DNA from: Candidatus Eiseniibacteriota bacterium
Lineage (GTDB): Bacteria; ARS69
Assembly: GCA_052390515.1 (NCBI GenBank)
Contig: JBQTGV010000032.1
Span: 1 to 47,496 of the forward strand
Direction of reading: 5' to 3'
Length of the DNA stretch: 47,496 bases
In this document: positions 38,560 through 47,496 of the stretch, piece after piece
Numbering within the stretch: the stretch's first letter is position 1
Layout of the letters: every line of letters begins with the position of its first letter
Notes under the pieces: generated by a model
Databases searched by the model: none
What the model saw: the letters and a program-made list of their open reading frames with translations, nothing else
Told to the model about the DNA's origin: nothing
Position numbers and translations under genes: made by a program

Positions 38560-39240
38560 TCAAGCCTCTTCCTCGTTGCCGAACAGGCGCGCCACCGAGA
38601 TCTGACGGCGATGCGCGACGTCCCGCGGCGTACGCAAGCTCTTGAGCCCCTTGACCGTGGCCTTGACCACGTTGTGGGCATTGCTGGTCCCCAGGCACTT
38701 GGTCAGCACGTCCTTGAACCCGGCGACTTCCAGGAGCGGGCGAACGGCTCCGCCGGCGATCACTCCCGTGCCTGGACTGGCGGGGCGCAGCAGGACTCTC
38801 CCCGCTCCGGACCGACCGATGATCGGATGTGGCACGGTTCCGTTGATCATCGCGACGGTGAACATCTCCTTCTTCGCGTTCTCCGTCGCCTTGCGGACCG
38901 CCTCGGAGACCTCGTTGGCCTTACCCAGCCCCGCTCCGACGCGCCCCTTCTCGTCGCCGACGGCGACCAGCGCATTGAAGCTGAACCGCCGGCCGCCCTT
39001 CACCACCTTGGCGACGCGGTTGATCTGGATGATCTTCTCGGTGAACTCCTTGCGCTCTTCCTGGCGGTCCCGCGTCCTCGGACCGCGGCCGCCACGACCG
39101 CCACGGCCGCCGCCACCCCGGCCGCCGCGATCACCGCCGCGGCCGCCGCGACCGCCACGTTCCCCGCGGTCGCCGGCCCCGGGAGGTGCGCCCGAGCCCG
39201 CCGCTCCGCCGGGAGTCTCGACGTTCGTGCTCGTGCTCAA
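38560..39240 (-). CDS. rpsE: 30S ribosomal protein S5 with RGG-rich N-terminal extension (TTG start)
   Basis: [22 protein letters not shown] and [12 protein letters not shown]. Confidence 0.97.
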   Translation of the reverse strand: MSTSTNVETPGGAAGSGAPPGAGDRGERGGRGGRGGDRGGRGGGGRGGRGGRGPRTRDRQEERKEFTEKIIQINRVAKVVKGGRRFSFNALVAVGDEKGRVGAGLGKANEVSEAVRKATENAKKEMFTVAMINGTVPHPIIGRSGAGRVLLRPASPGTGVIAGGAVRPLLEVAGFKDVLTKCLGTSNAHNVVKATVKGLKSLRTPRDVAHRRQISVARLFGNEEEA

Positions 39241-39611
39241 AACTCCAGGCCTCCTTTCCGCGCCGCTTCCGCCACGGCCTTGACCCGGCCATGGTACAGC
39301 CGCCCCGCTCGATCGAAGGCGACCTTGGTGATTCCGCTCTCGCGGGCCAGCCGCGCCACCTCGCGGCCCACCGCCTCCGAGCGCCGCATCTTGATGGAAC
39401 CTTCCCCCGGCGGGTTCGCCAGTGTCTTGCCGGTGCTGGACACCGACACCAGCGTCTTTCCGAGGTCGTCGTTCACGATCTGCGCGCGCACGTGCTTGAG
39501 GCTCCTCGTCACCACCAGGCGCGGGCGGTCGTCGGTTCCGCGCAGCTTCCTGCGTACGCGCAGCCGGCGTCGCTCGAGCCCTGCGTTCTTGATCCGATTC
39601 GAGTCCGTCAT
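39237..39611 (-). CDS. rplR: 50S ribosomal protein L18
   Basis: RPRLVV.RS.KH..AQI..D and FDR.G..YHGRVKA.AEAAR.GGLEF. Confidence 0.98.
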   Translation of the reverse strand: MTDSNRIKNAGLERRRLRVRRKLRGTDDRPRLVVTRSLKHVRAQIVNDDLGKTLVSVSSTGKTLANPPGEGSIKMRRSEAVGREVARLARESGITKVAFDRAGRLYHGRVKAVAEAARKGGLEF

Positions 39612-39630
39612 CTCGTCAGCTTCCTCAGGA

Positions 39631-40170
39631 TCAGCCGGCGGCCGTCTTGCCCGCCTTGCGGCGGATCTGCTCGCCCGCGTACTTGACACCCTTGCCCTTG
39701 TACGGTTCGGGCGGCCGCTTGCCGCGGATGTCCGCGGCCATCTGGCCGACCGCCTGCTTGCTCGCGCCCTTCACCACGATCCTCGTGGGCTCGGGCGTCT
39801 CGAACTCGATCCCCGGCGGCGGATCCAGGACGATGGGATGCGAATACCCGAGATGCATCACCAGCACCTTGCCCTTCTTCTCCGCGCGGTAGCCGACCCC
39901 GACGATCTCCAGGGTCTTCGAGTACCCCTTGGACACGCCGATGACCGCGGAATTCACCAGGCTCCGCGAGAGCCCGTGCAGAGACCGGTGGGGCTTGCTG
40001 TCCGACGGGCGGGAGACGCGCACCTCACCGTCGCCGACTTTCACGTCCATCTCCGCCGGGATCCTCACTGACAGCTCGCCGAGCGGTCCCTTCGCGGTGA
40101 AGACGCCTTCGCGGAACGCAACGGCGACGCCGCCGGGCACCGCAACGGGGAGTCTGCCGATTCGCGACAT
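39631..40170 (-). CDS. rplF: 50S ribosomal protein L6
   Basis: MSRIGRLP, GVGYRA and RPPEPYKGKG. Confidence 0.98.
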   Translation of the reverse strand: MSRIGRLPVAVPGGVAVAFREGVFTAKGPLGELSVRIPAEMDVKVGDGEVRVSRPSDSKPHRSLHGLSRSLVNSAVIGVSKGYSKTLEIVGVGYRAEKKGKVLVMHLGYSHPIVLDPPPGIEFETPEPTRIVVKGASKQAVGQMAADIRGKRPPEPYKGKGVKYAGEQIRRKAGKTAAG

Positions 40171-40180
40171 CGTTCTTCTC

Positions 40181-40585
40181 CTACCAGACGCTGCAGAGGA
40201 CTTCGCCGCCGACGCCGATCTTCTTCGCCTCGCGGCCGGTCATGATCCCTCGCGACGTCGAGAGGATCGAGATTCCCATGCCGCCGAACACCCGCGGCAC
40301 CTCCCCGTACCCGCAGTAGCGGCGAAGGCCGGGCTTGGAGACCCGCTGAAGGCCGCTGATCACCGGCTCGTCGCTCGGCGTGTACTTCATGTAGACGCGG
40401 ATCAGGCCTTGCGGCTTCCCCTCGACGTCCACGTACTTGTAGCTCGCGATGAAGCCTTCCTTCTTCAGAATGCGCGCGATCTCGAGCTTCAGCTTGGACG
40501 CCGGCACGTCGACGCGCTTGTGGCGCGCCATACCCGCGTTCCTGATCCGGGTGAGCATGTCCGCAATGGGATCGGACATCGACAT
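40181..40585 (-). CDS. rpsH: 30S ribosomal protein S8
   Basis: [20 protein letters not shown] and GGEVLC.VW; start chosen from RBS spacing. Confidence 0.97.
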   Translation of the reverse strand: MSMSDPIADMLTRIRNAGMARHKRVDVPASKLKLEIARILKKEGFIASYKYVDVEGKPQGLIRVYMKYTPSDEPVISGLQRVSKPGLRRYCGYGEVPRVFGGMGISILSTSRGIMTGREAKKIGVGGEVLCSVW

Positions 40586-40654
40586 CTTCTGCATCTCCTC
40601 TTCGGTCCCGGAGCGCCTCGGGCGCCCTCGAACCGCCGGCCGCTCGACGCGCGG

Positions 40655-40840
40655 CTACCAGCTCGCTTTCACGACTCCCGGAACCTGACCCAGGTGGGCC
40701 AGCTCCCGGAAGCAGATGCGACACATCGCGAAGTCGCGCATGTACGCACGCGGCCGGCCGCAGCGCCGGCAGCGGTGGTACGCGCGCACCTTGAACTTCG
40801 GCGTTCGCTTGGACTTCTCGATCAGACACTTCTTGGCCAT
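40655..40840 (-). CDS. rpsN: 30S ribosomal protein S14 type Z (Zn-binding)
   Basis: 61 aa with [24 protein letters not shown]. Confidence 0.98.
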   Translation of the reverse strand: MAKKCLIEKSKRTPKFKVRAYHRCRRCGRPRAYMRDFAMCRICFRELAHLGQVPGVVKASW

Positions 40841-40855
40841 GAATCCCTCCGCCGG

Positions 40856-41401
40856 CTAGTTCCGCCGGAACGGGAACTTGAGCAACCGCAGCAGTTCCAT
40901 CGCTTCCTCGTCGTTGGACGCGGTGGTGACGATGGAGACGTTCATGCCGCGGATCTTCGCCACCTTGTCGATCTCGATCTCCGGGAAGATCAACTGCTCC
41001 CGGATGCCCATCGTGTAGTTCCCGCGCCCGTCGAAGCCGTTGGTGGGCATCCCGCGGAAGTCGCGGATCTGCGGCATCGCCGTGTTGATGAGGCGATCGT
41101 AGAACTCCCACATCCGGGTGCGCCGCAGCGTGACCATCGCGCCGACGGGAACGCCTTCCCTCAGCTTGAAGTTGGCGATCGACTTCTTCGCCTTGCGGAC
41201 CGAGGGGTGCTGGCCGGTGATCTTGCGCAGCGTCTGCACCGCCTCCTCCAGGAGGTTGGGACTCGCGCTGGCTTCCCCGACACCGATGTTCAGGGTGATC
41301 TTGCCGAGCGTCGGCACCATCATCGGATTCGAGTACCCGAACTTCTTCATGAGCGCGGGAACGGTCTCGCGACGGTACTCGCTCAGGATTCTCGCAGTCA
41401 T
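40856..41401 (-). CDS. rplE: 50S ribosomal protein L5
   Basis: ITGQ.P..KAKKSIANFKLREG and FDGRGNY..G..EQLIFPEI. Confidence 0.98.
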   Translation of the reverse strand: MTARILSEYRRETVPALMKKFGYSNPMMVPTLGKITLNIGVGEASASPNLLEEAVQTLRKITGQHPSVRKAKKSIANFKLREGVPVGAMVTLRRTRMWEFYDRLINTAMPQIRDFRGMPTNGFDGRGNYTMGIREQLIFPEIEIDKVAKIRGMNVSIVTTASNDEEAMELLRLLKFPFRRN

Positions 41402-41406
41402 CTCGG

Positions 41407-41727
41407 CTAACCCTCGTTGTCCGGCACGACTTCGCCGCTCTTCCTGGCCACGCGCTGCCGCTTGCCGTCCGCCAGGACCTGGTGACCGACGCGGGTGCGC
41501 TCACCCTTGGCCGGATCGATGAGCATCACGTTGGACACGTGGATCGGCGCCTCCCGCTCCATGATCCCCGCCTGGCGGTTCGGCCGCGCCCGGGTGTGTC
41601 GCTTGACGAAGTTCACGCCCTCCACGATCACCTTGCTCGTGCCCGGGAACACCTTGAGGACCTTGCCCTGCTTCCCCTTGTCGTTGCCGGTGACCACGAC
41701 TACCTGGTCGAAGCGTCGGATCTTCAT
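41407..41727 (-). CDS. rplX: 50S ribosomal protein L24
   Basis: [37 protein letters not shown]; own GGAGG RBS. Confidence 0.96.
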   Translation of the reverse strand: MKIRRFDQVVVVTGNDKGKQGKVLKVFPGTSKVIVEGVNFVKRHTRARPNRQAGIMEREAPIHVSNVMLIDPAKGERTRVGHQVLADGKRQRVARKSGEVVPDNEG

Positions 41728-41738
41728 TCGGGTCCTCC

Positions 41739-42105
41739 CTAAACGACTTCCGGAGCCAGCGAGATGATCTTCATGAACTTGCGCTCGCGAAGCTCCCGCG
41801 CCACCGGCCCGAAGATGCGGGTACCGCGCGGCTCCTGCTGCTCGTTCCAGCACCGCGGCGTTCTCGTCGAAGCGGATGTACGACCCGTCGCGACGGCGGA
41901 TCTCCTTCTTGGTCCGCACCATCACCGCCTTGACGACGTCGCCCTTCTTGACCGCCGCGCCCGGGATGGCGCTCTTGACCGCGAGAATCACGATGTCTCC
42001 CACCGACGCGTAGCGACGCCGGGTTCCGCCGATCACGCGGATCACCTGGCCGCTCTTCGCGCCGGAGTTGTCGGCGATCTCCACCATCGTTTCCTGCATG
42101 ACCAT
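41739..42105 (-). CDS. rplN: 50S ribosomal protein L14, frameshifted near 41847 (2 nt missing, probably an assembly error)
   Basis: N-part [16 protein letters not shown] and C-part [30 protein letters not shown] lie in different frames. 367 nt + 2 nt gives 122 aa, the usual L14 length. Confidence 0.92.
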
Positions 42106-42122
42106 GACAGGATCTCCCCGGG

Positions 42123-42398
42123 CTACTCCGCCTTCTTCACCGTCTCCAGGTACCGCCAGCGCTTCCGCTTGGAGATCGGCCTCGTCTCCATGACTCGGAT
42201 CACGTCCCCGACCGCGCACTCGTTCTTCTCATCGTGAGCCATGATCTTCGACGTGCGCTTCACGATCTTGCCGTACTCCGGATGCTGGACCCGGCGCCGC
42301 AGCGCCACGACCACGGTCTTGTCCCCGCCGGCGCTGACGACCTCGCCCACCCTGACCTTGCGCTTGTTCCGCTTCGTGCTCTCTTCTTCCTGGAACAT
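42123..42398 (-). CDS. rpsQ: 30S ribosomal protein S17
   Basis: GEVVS..DKTVVV..HP.YGK..AHDE.N..GD..ETRPISK.KRW. Confidence 0.98.
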   Translation of the reverse strand: MFQEEESTKRNKRKVRVGEVVSAGGDKTVVVALRRRVQHPEYGKIVKRTSKIMAHDEKNECAVGDVIRVMETRPISKRKRWRYLETVKKAE

Positions 42399-42415
42399 CC
42401 CCGCTCCTCAGGCGC

Positions 42416-42625
42416 CTACGCGGCGCGCTCATCGGCCCCGGCCTGCTTCTCCCGGATCAAGGTCTTGATCCGGGCGATGTTCCGCCGCACGCGGCGGATC
42501 ACCAGCGGGTCGTCGAGCGGCTCGGTGGCCAGCCGGAACTTCAGCTTGAAACGCTCCTCGCCCAGCTCGTCCAGCTTGGTGCGAAGCTCGTCCAACGTCA
42601 TCGCGCGCAGGTCTTCGATCTTCAT
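42416..42625 (-). CDS. rpmC: 50S ribosomal protein L29
   Basis: [18 protein letters not shown]; operon position. Confidence 0.96.
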   Translation of the reverse strand: MKIEDLRAMTLDELRTKLDELGEERFKLKFRLATEPLDDPLVIRRVRRNIARIKTLIREKQAGADERAA

Positions 42626-43050
42626 CTCTGCTCCGTGATGGGCGCCTCACGCGAAATGAACCGCGTCTTGATAGGCAGTTTGTGGCGGGCGAGCGCCATT
42701 GCTTCCTTGGCCAGGGCGATGTTCACTCCCTCGAGCTCGAAGAGGATCCGACCTGGCTTCACCACCGCCACCCAGAACTCGGGCGCCCCTTTCCCTTTGC
42801 CCATCCGAGTCTCGGCGGGCTTCTTCGTCACCGGTTTGTCCGGGAAGATCCGGATCCAGATCTTCCCGCCGCGCTTCACTCGCCGGGTCAGCGCGACGCG
42901 GGCCGCTTCCAGCTGCCGCGCCGTGATCCGCCCCGGCTCCATGGCCTGCAGCGCGTACTCGCCGAAGTCGATGTTCGACCCGCGATACGCGGCGCCGCGC
43001 ATGTTGCCCTTCTGCTGCTTGCGGTACTTGGACCGCTTCGGCATCAGCAT
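42622..43050 (-). CDS. rplP: 50S ribosomal protein L16
   Basis: MLMPKR.KYRKQ and [20 protein letters not shown]. Confidence 0.98.
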   Translation of the reverse strand: MLMPKRSKYRKQQKGNMRGAAYRGSNIDFGEYALQAMEPGRITARQLEAARVALTRRVKRGGKIWIRIFPDKPVTKKPAETRMGKGKGAPEFWVAVVKPGRILFELEGVNIALAKEAMALARHKLPIKTRFISREAPITEQR

Positions 43051-43057
43051 GACGTGC

Positions 43058-43762
43058 TCATCCTCTCGGAGCCGGCGTCGACGGCGCCGATCCCGGACCG
43101 GTGGCCGCCATGGAGTGCTCCCGCTCCGCGCTCTGCTTGGTCAGCAGCTCGCCTTTGAAGATCCACACCTTCACGCCGATCGCGCCGTAGGTGGTCCGGC
43201 AGGTGACCGCGGAGTAGTCGATGTCGGCCCGCAAGGTGTGCAGCGGAACACGTCCCTCCATGTACTTCTCGCGGCGGGCCATCTCCGAGCCGCCGAGCCG
43301 TCCGGCGCACTCCACGCGGATCCCGAGCGCCCCGCGGCGCATCGCCGAGGACAGCGCCTTCTTCATCGCACGGCGGAACCCGACCCGCTGGGAAAGCTGC
43401 CGGGAGATGTGCTCGGCCACGAGCCGCGCGTCCACCTCCGGCTTGTCCACTTCCTGGATCTCGATGTAGACGTCGCGACCGGTGATGGTCTGCAGCTCGT
43501 CGCGGATCTGGTCCACCTGCGCGCCCTTGCGCCCGATCACGATTCCCGGGCGGGCGGTGTGGATCACGATCGTCACCTTCTTCGCCTTGCGCTCGATCAC
43601 CACCTTGGAGACGCCGGCCTGCGACAGGCGCTTGTCCAGGTAGCGCCGGATCATCAGGTCCTCTTCCAGCAGGTCGGGGTAGTCGTGGCCCGCGAACCAC
43701 CGGGAATCCCAGGTCTTCACGATCCCCAGGCGAAGCCCGACCGGATGCGTTTTCTGTCCCAC
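43058..43762 (-). CDS. rpsC: 30S ribosomal protein S3 (GTG start)
   Basis: [23 protein letters not shown] and [14 protein letters not shown]. Confidence 0.98.
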   Translation of the reverse strand: MGQKTHPVGLRLGIVKTWDSRWFAGHDYPDLLEEDLMIRRYLDKRLSQAGVSKVVIERKAKKVTIVIHTARPGIVIGRKGAQVDQIRDELQTITGRDVYIEIQEVDKPEVDARLVAEHISRQLSQRVGFRRAMKKALSSAMRRGALGIRVECAGRLGGSEMARREKYMEGRVPLHTLRADIDYSAVTCRTTYGAIGVKVWIFKGELLTKQSAEREHSMAATGPGSAPSTPAPRG

Positions 43763-43773
43763 GGATTCCCTCC

Positions 43774-44148
43774 TCAGGCCTTCTTGGACCGGACCGTCTT
43801 GGACCCGACGGCGATGGTCAGGTGGCTCGTGCGCTTGCGGATCCGGCGGACCCGCCCCATCGGCCCGGACCGGAACCTGCGCATGGTCGGGCCGCCGTCC
43901 ACGAACGCGCGCGTCACGTAGAGATCGTCCACGCTGGGACGCTGCACCTCCGCGGCGTCCTCCCGCACGTACAGGGCGTTGGCCACCGCCGACCGCAGAG
44001 TCTTCTCCACCAGGGGCGAAGCCTTCTTCTGCGTGGACTGCAGGATAGTGAAAGCGTCCTCCACTTTGAGGCCGCGAATGAGATCGACGACCAGCCGCAT
44101 CTTGCGCGGACTGATCCGCATGTGACGTGCCTCGGCTCTCGATTCCAT
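43774..44148 (-). CDS. rplV: 50S ribosomal protein L22
   Basis: [22 protein letters not shown] and KRTSHLTI. Confidence 0.98.
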   Translation of the reverse strand: MESRAEARHMRISPRKMRLVVDLIRGLKVEDAFTILQSTQKKASPLVEKTLRSAVANALYVREDAAEVQRPSVDDLYVTRAFVDGGPTMRRFRSGPMGRVRRIRKRTSHLTIAVGSKTVRSKKA

Positions 44149-44157
44149 CGCGTCCCC

Positions 44158-44451
44158 TTACTTCTTCGCCGCGGCCTTTTCGGCCTTGGACTTGGCTCCG
44201 GAGTGCCCGCGGAACGTGCGCGTCGGAGCGAACTCTCCCAGCTTGTGGCCGACCATGTTCTCGGTCACGTAGATGGGAATGAACTTGTTGCCGTTGTGCA
44301 CGGCCAGCGTATGCCCGACGAAGTCGGGAGTGATCGTGGACCGCCGCGCCCACGTCTTGATCACCCGCTTCTCTCCCGACTTGTTCATGGCCTCGACCTT
44401 CGCGACGAGGCTGTCCACGACGTAGGGCCCCTTCTTCAACGATCGGGACAT
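44158..44451 (-). CDS. rpsS: 30S ribosomal protein S19
   Basis: RSLKKGP, VHNG and [13 protein letters not shown]. Confidence 0.98.
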   Translation of the reverse strand: MSRSLKKGPYVVDSLVAKVEAMNKSGEKRVIKTWARRSTITPDFVGHTLAVHNGNKFIPIYVTENMVGHKLGEFAPTRTFRGHSGAKSKAEKAAAKK

Positions 44452-44452
44452 C

Positions 44453-45277
44453 CTACTTCCTCCTCTTGACGATCATCTGGTCCGAGGCCTTCTTCGCCCG
44501 TCGCGTCTTGTAGCCCTTCGTCGGCTTGCCCCACGGCGTGCACGGGTGGCGCCCACCGGAGGACTTGCCCTCGCCGCCACCCATGGGGTGGTCGATCGGG
44601 TTCATGGCCACGCCGCGCACGTACGGCCGCCAGCCCAGCCACCGGTTGCGCCCGGCCTTGCCGATGGAGATGTTCTGCGCGTCCTCGTTGCCCACCTGAC
44701 CGACCGTGGCGTAGCACGCGGAGAGCACGCGGCGGACCTCGCCGCTCGGCAGACGCAGCAGCGTCAGGTTCCCTTCCTTCGCCATCACCTGGGCGAAGGT
44801 GCCGGCGCCCCGCGCCATGCGGGCGCCCTGGCCCGGCCGCAGCTCGATGGCGTGCACCAGCGTGCCCAGCTGGATCCTGGAGAGCGGAAGCGCGTTCCCG
44901 GTGCGCAGCTCGGCGTCCGGCCCGCTCATGAGCGCGTCGCCCACCTTCAGTCCCTGCGGCGCGATGATGTAGCGCTTCTCGCCGTCCACGTAGACGACCA
45001 GCGCGATCCGCGCGTTGCGGTTCGGATCGTACTCGATCGTCGCCACGCGTCCCGGGATCCCGAACTTGTCCCGCTTGAAGTCGATGCGCCGCCAGTTACG
45101 CTTGTGGCCGCCGCCGCGATGTCGTGCTGTCACGTGCCCGTGGTGGTTCCGCCCGCCCTTCTTCCTCAGCGGCTCGACCAGGGACTTCTCGGGCGTGTCC
45201 GTGGTCAGGTCGCTGAAGTCGGACGAGGTGTGGAAACGCCGCGTAGGCGTGTACGGCTTGTACTTCTTGATCGGCAT
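44453..45277 (-). CDS. rplB: 50S ribosomal protein L2
   Basis: [16 protein letters not shown] and [16 protein letters not shown]. Confidence 0.99.
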   Translation of the reverse strand: MPIKKYKPYTPTRRFHTSSDFSDLTTDTPEKSLVEPLRKKGGRNHHGHVTARHRGGGHKRNWRRIDFKRDKFGIPGRVATIEYDPNRNARIALVVYVDGEKRYIIAPQGLKVGDALMSGPDAELRTGNALPLSRIQLGTLVHAIELRPGQGARMARGAGTFAQVMAKEGNLTLLRLPSGEVRRVLSACYATVGQVGNEDAQNISIGKAGRNRWLGWRPYVRGVAMNPIDHPMGGGEGKSSGGRHPCTPWGKPTKGYKTRRAKKASDQMIVKRRK

Positions 45278-45453
45278 TGCTCTTTCTTCCTCGTGTCCGC
45301 TGTCCCTCGTTCGCGCCCTTCGGCCTCAGAGCGGCACGGCTGCCCGGAACGGGCGCCGAACCGATTGGGGTCACTCCCCCCGGGTCGGGGGTGATACCCG
45401 TCTGCGGCGCGGACACCGCCACGGGCGCGACGAGTCGTCACATCAAGACGCGG

Positions 45454-45744
45454 CTACACTCCTTCGAACAGATCGATCGTGTTCCCGGCCGCCAGGGTCA
45501 CGAGCGCCTTCTTCCAGGCCGCCCGCCGTCCCTGGTGGACTCCCATTCGCTTCATCTTGCCCGCGCGATTCACGGTGCGCACGCGGGTGACCTTCACCCC
45601 GAAGATCTCCTCGACCGCCCGCTTCACGTCGAGCTTGTTCGCCCTCGGATCCACCTCGAACGCGTACGCATTCACCGTCTCCCTCGCCACGGTGGCCTTC
45701 TCGGTCAGGAGGGGCCGCCGCAGCACGTCGCGCGCGTGCATCAC
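45454..45744 (-). CDS. rplW: 50S ribosomal protein L23
   Basis: PLLTEKA, F.V...ANK..VK.AVE.IF.VKV and WKKA.VTL. Confidence 0.98.
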   Translation of the reverse strand: MMHARDVLRRPLLTEKATVARETVNAYAFEVDPRANKLDVKRAVEEIFGVKVTRVRTVNRAGKMKRMGVHQGRRAAWKKALVTLAAGNTIDLFEGV

Positions 45745-46367
45745 GTGAACACCTCCTCGAGCTTCGCCAGGCCCTTCTTGGTGAGGACGATCCAGTCAGC
45801 CGCGACGATGCTATACGTGTTCACCTCGCGGGAGGACAGCGCCAGCACCGTCGGAATGTTGCGCGCGCTGAGCGCCAGCGCCTCGGTCAGCTCGTCGGTG
45901 AGCAGCAGCACCTTCCGCTCGGCCAGCTCCATCTTGGCCAGCAGGCTCCACAGGACCTTGGTCTTCGGCTCGGTCAGATCGATCGAGTCGATGACCGCCA
46001 CACGACCAGCCTTGGCCCGGTCGGACAGCGCCGACTTGAGCGCGAGCCGCTTGACCTTCTTGGGAAGGCGATACGAGTGGTCGCGGGGCTTCGGACCGTG
46101 GATCCGGCCGCCGCCGACCCACAACGGGCTTCGCCACGTACCCGCCCGCGCCCGCCCCGTGCCCTTCTGTCGCCACGGCTTGGAGTTGGACAGGCTCACC
46201 TCGCCACGCGTCTGCACCTTCACCGTGCCCTGCCGCTGGTTGGCCAGGTAATTGACCACCGCTTCCCACACGACGTGGGAGTTCGGCTCGATGCCGAACA
46301 GCCCGTCGGGCAGCTTCGCCGTCCCGGTCTTCTCGCCGGAGGCCGCGTAGGCCGTCGCCGTAGCCAT
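45741..46367 (-). CDS. rplD: 50S ribosomal protein L4
   Basis: RQGT..TRGEV..KPWRQKGTGRARAG..GGG..HGPKPR. Confidence 0.98.
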   Translation of the reverse strand: MATATAYAASGEKTGTAKLPDGLFGIEPNSHVVWEAVVNYLANQRQGTVKVQTRGEVSLSNSKPWRQKGTGRARAGTWRSPLWVGGGRIHGPKPRDHSYRLPKKVKRLALKSALSDRAKAGRVAVIDSIDLTEPKTKVLWSLLAKMELAERKVLLLTDELTEALALSARNIPTVLALSSREVNTYSIVAADWIVLTKKGLAKLEEVFT

Positions 46368-46369
46368 GC

Positions 46370-47038
46370 TCACTCCACCTTGCTCTTGTACTTCGCCAAG
46401 CGAACGCCCTTCTTCGTCTTGACGATCCGGACGTCGCCGTTCATCGGGCCGGGAACCGCGCCCTTCACCAGGATGTAGCCGGCCTCCGCGTCGATCTGCA
46501 CGAGCTCGAGGTTCCGCACGGTCACGTTGCGGTCACCCATGTGCCCGGCCATGCGCTTGCCGCGGAACACGCGCGAAGGCGTCGCGCACTGGCCGATCGA
46601 CCCGTGGCGCCGGCGGCTCATGCCTCCGTGGCTCATGTCGCCCTGGTGGAAGTTGTGCCGCTTGATCGGGCCGGCGAACCCGCGTCCCTTGGAGACACCG
46701 CGCACGTCGACGCGATCGCCGACGGTGAACACGTCGGCCGGACCGATCTCCTGACCGGGGCTCATGTCCTCGACCGACGGAACCCGGAACTCCAGCAGGT
46801 GGCGAAGCGGCGGGAGATCCCCGTGCTTCTTCAGGTGGCCGAGGCGAGGCTTGCCGATGCGCTTCGGCTTGCCGGGCCACACGCCGATCTGCACCGCGGT
46901 GTAGCCGTCGGACTCCTCGGTCTTCACCTGCGCCACCCGGCACTTCGGCGTCTCGATCACCGTGACCGGAATCACGCGACCATCCTCGCCGAAGATCTGG
47001 GTCATGCCCTTCTTGCGACCGACGATTCCCTGGATCAT
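46370..47038 (-). CDS. rplC: 50S ribosomal protein L3
   Basis: G.KKGMTQIF, SKGRGFAG.IKRH, GKRMAGHMG and KGAVPG. Confidence 0.98.
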   Translation of the reverse strand: MIQGIVGRKKGMTQIFGEDGRVIPVTVIETPKCRVAQVKTEESDGYTAVQIGVWPGKPKRIGKPRLGHLKKHGDLPPLRHLLEFRVPSVEDMSPGQEIGPADVFTVGDRVDVRGVSKGRGFAGPIKRHNFHQGDMSHGGMSRRRHGSIGQCATPSRVFRGKRMAGHMGDRNVTVRNLELVQIDAEAGYILVKGAVPGPMNGDVRIVKTKKGVRLAKYKSKVE

Positions 47039-47041
47039 GGG

Positions 47042-47353
47042 TCAGACCTTGATCTCGATGTCCACCCCCGCCGGAAGGTCCAGACGCTGCAGCGCGTCGA
47101 CCGTCTGGGGAGTGGAATCGTTGATGTCGATCAGGCGCTTGTGAACGCGCCGCTCGAACTGCTCCCGCGACTTCTTGTCGATGTGCGGCGAGCGGTTCAC
47201 GGTGTACACGGTCGTCCTGGTCGGCAACGGAACCGGCCCGGAGATCCGGGCGCCGGTTCGCTCCGCCGTGCGCACGATCTCGGCCGCGGACCGGTCGAGG
47301 ACGGCGTGGTCGTAGGCCTTGAGTCGGATGCGGATCGTCTGCGCGGTCGCCAT
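47042..47353 (-). CDS. rpsJ: 30S ribosomal protein S10
   Basis: [17 protein letters not shown] and [13 protein letters not shown]. Confidence 0.99.
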   Translation of the reverse strand: MATAQTIRIRLKAYDHAVLDRSAAEIVRTAERTGARISGPVPLPTRTTVYTVNRSPHIDKKSREQFERRVHKRLIDINDSTPQTVDALQRLDLPAGVDIEIKV

Positions 47354-47362
47354 GGTCTCGCC

Positions 47363-47496
47363 CTACTCCAGAATTTCGGTGACGACGCCCGCACCGACGG
47401 TGCGGCCGCCTTCGCGGATGGCGAAGCGAAGTTCCTTCTCCATCGCGATCGGCTGTACCAGCGTCACTTCCATGGTCACGTTGTCACCCGGCATCA
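47363..47496 (-). CDS. tuf: Elongation factor Tu (3' end only)
   Basis: Manual translation [43 protein letters not shown]. Confidence 0.97.
   Translation of the reverse strand, partial: MPGDNVTMEVTLVQPIAMEKELRFAIREGGRTVGAGVVTEILE

Overview
High-GC bacterial chromosomal DNA. A FlgD/T9SS-like C-terminal domain and a kinase with TolB-like repeats suggest an FCB/Gemmatimonadota-related lineage (inference only). The right third (31.6-47.5 kb, minus strand) is a complete S10-spc-alpha ribosomal protein superoperon, from the 3' end of tuf and rpsJ to rpoA-rplQ, ending in an intrinsic terminator. rplN carries a 2-nt frameshift, and there is an unusually long, structured rplW-rplB spacer. The left two thirds are accessory, envelope and signalling genes: the 5' end of a type IV pilin with a sigma54 promoter, an ArsN2-like GNAT, a PhzF-family protein, a secreted Met/His/CxxC protein, two predicted outer-membrane barrels, a GlpT-like MFS transporter, a B12 radical SAM enzyme, three GT-C-like membrane proteins, a sulfatase-like protein, three histidine kinases, an S8 protease, a Ser/Thr kinase, a Rieske oxygenase, a FecR-like protein, a CxxCH lipoprotein, and a tRNA-Asn / cold-shock protein / delta-9 desaturase string. 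The best signals not explained by the gene list are: (1) two diverged copies of a 105-119 bp structured hairpin repeat, each between convergent genes; (2) a csp-terminator-desaturase layout that suggests Csp-dependent antitermination; (3) a candidate cis-regulatory RNA upstream of rplB; (4) a recurring leaderless-promoter pattern. No CRISPR array, integrase or transposase was seen.
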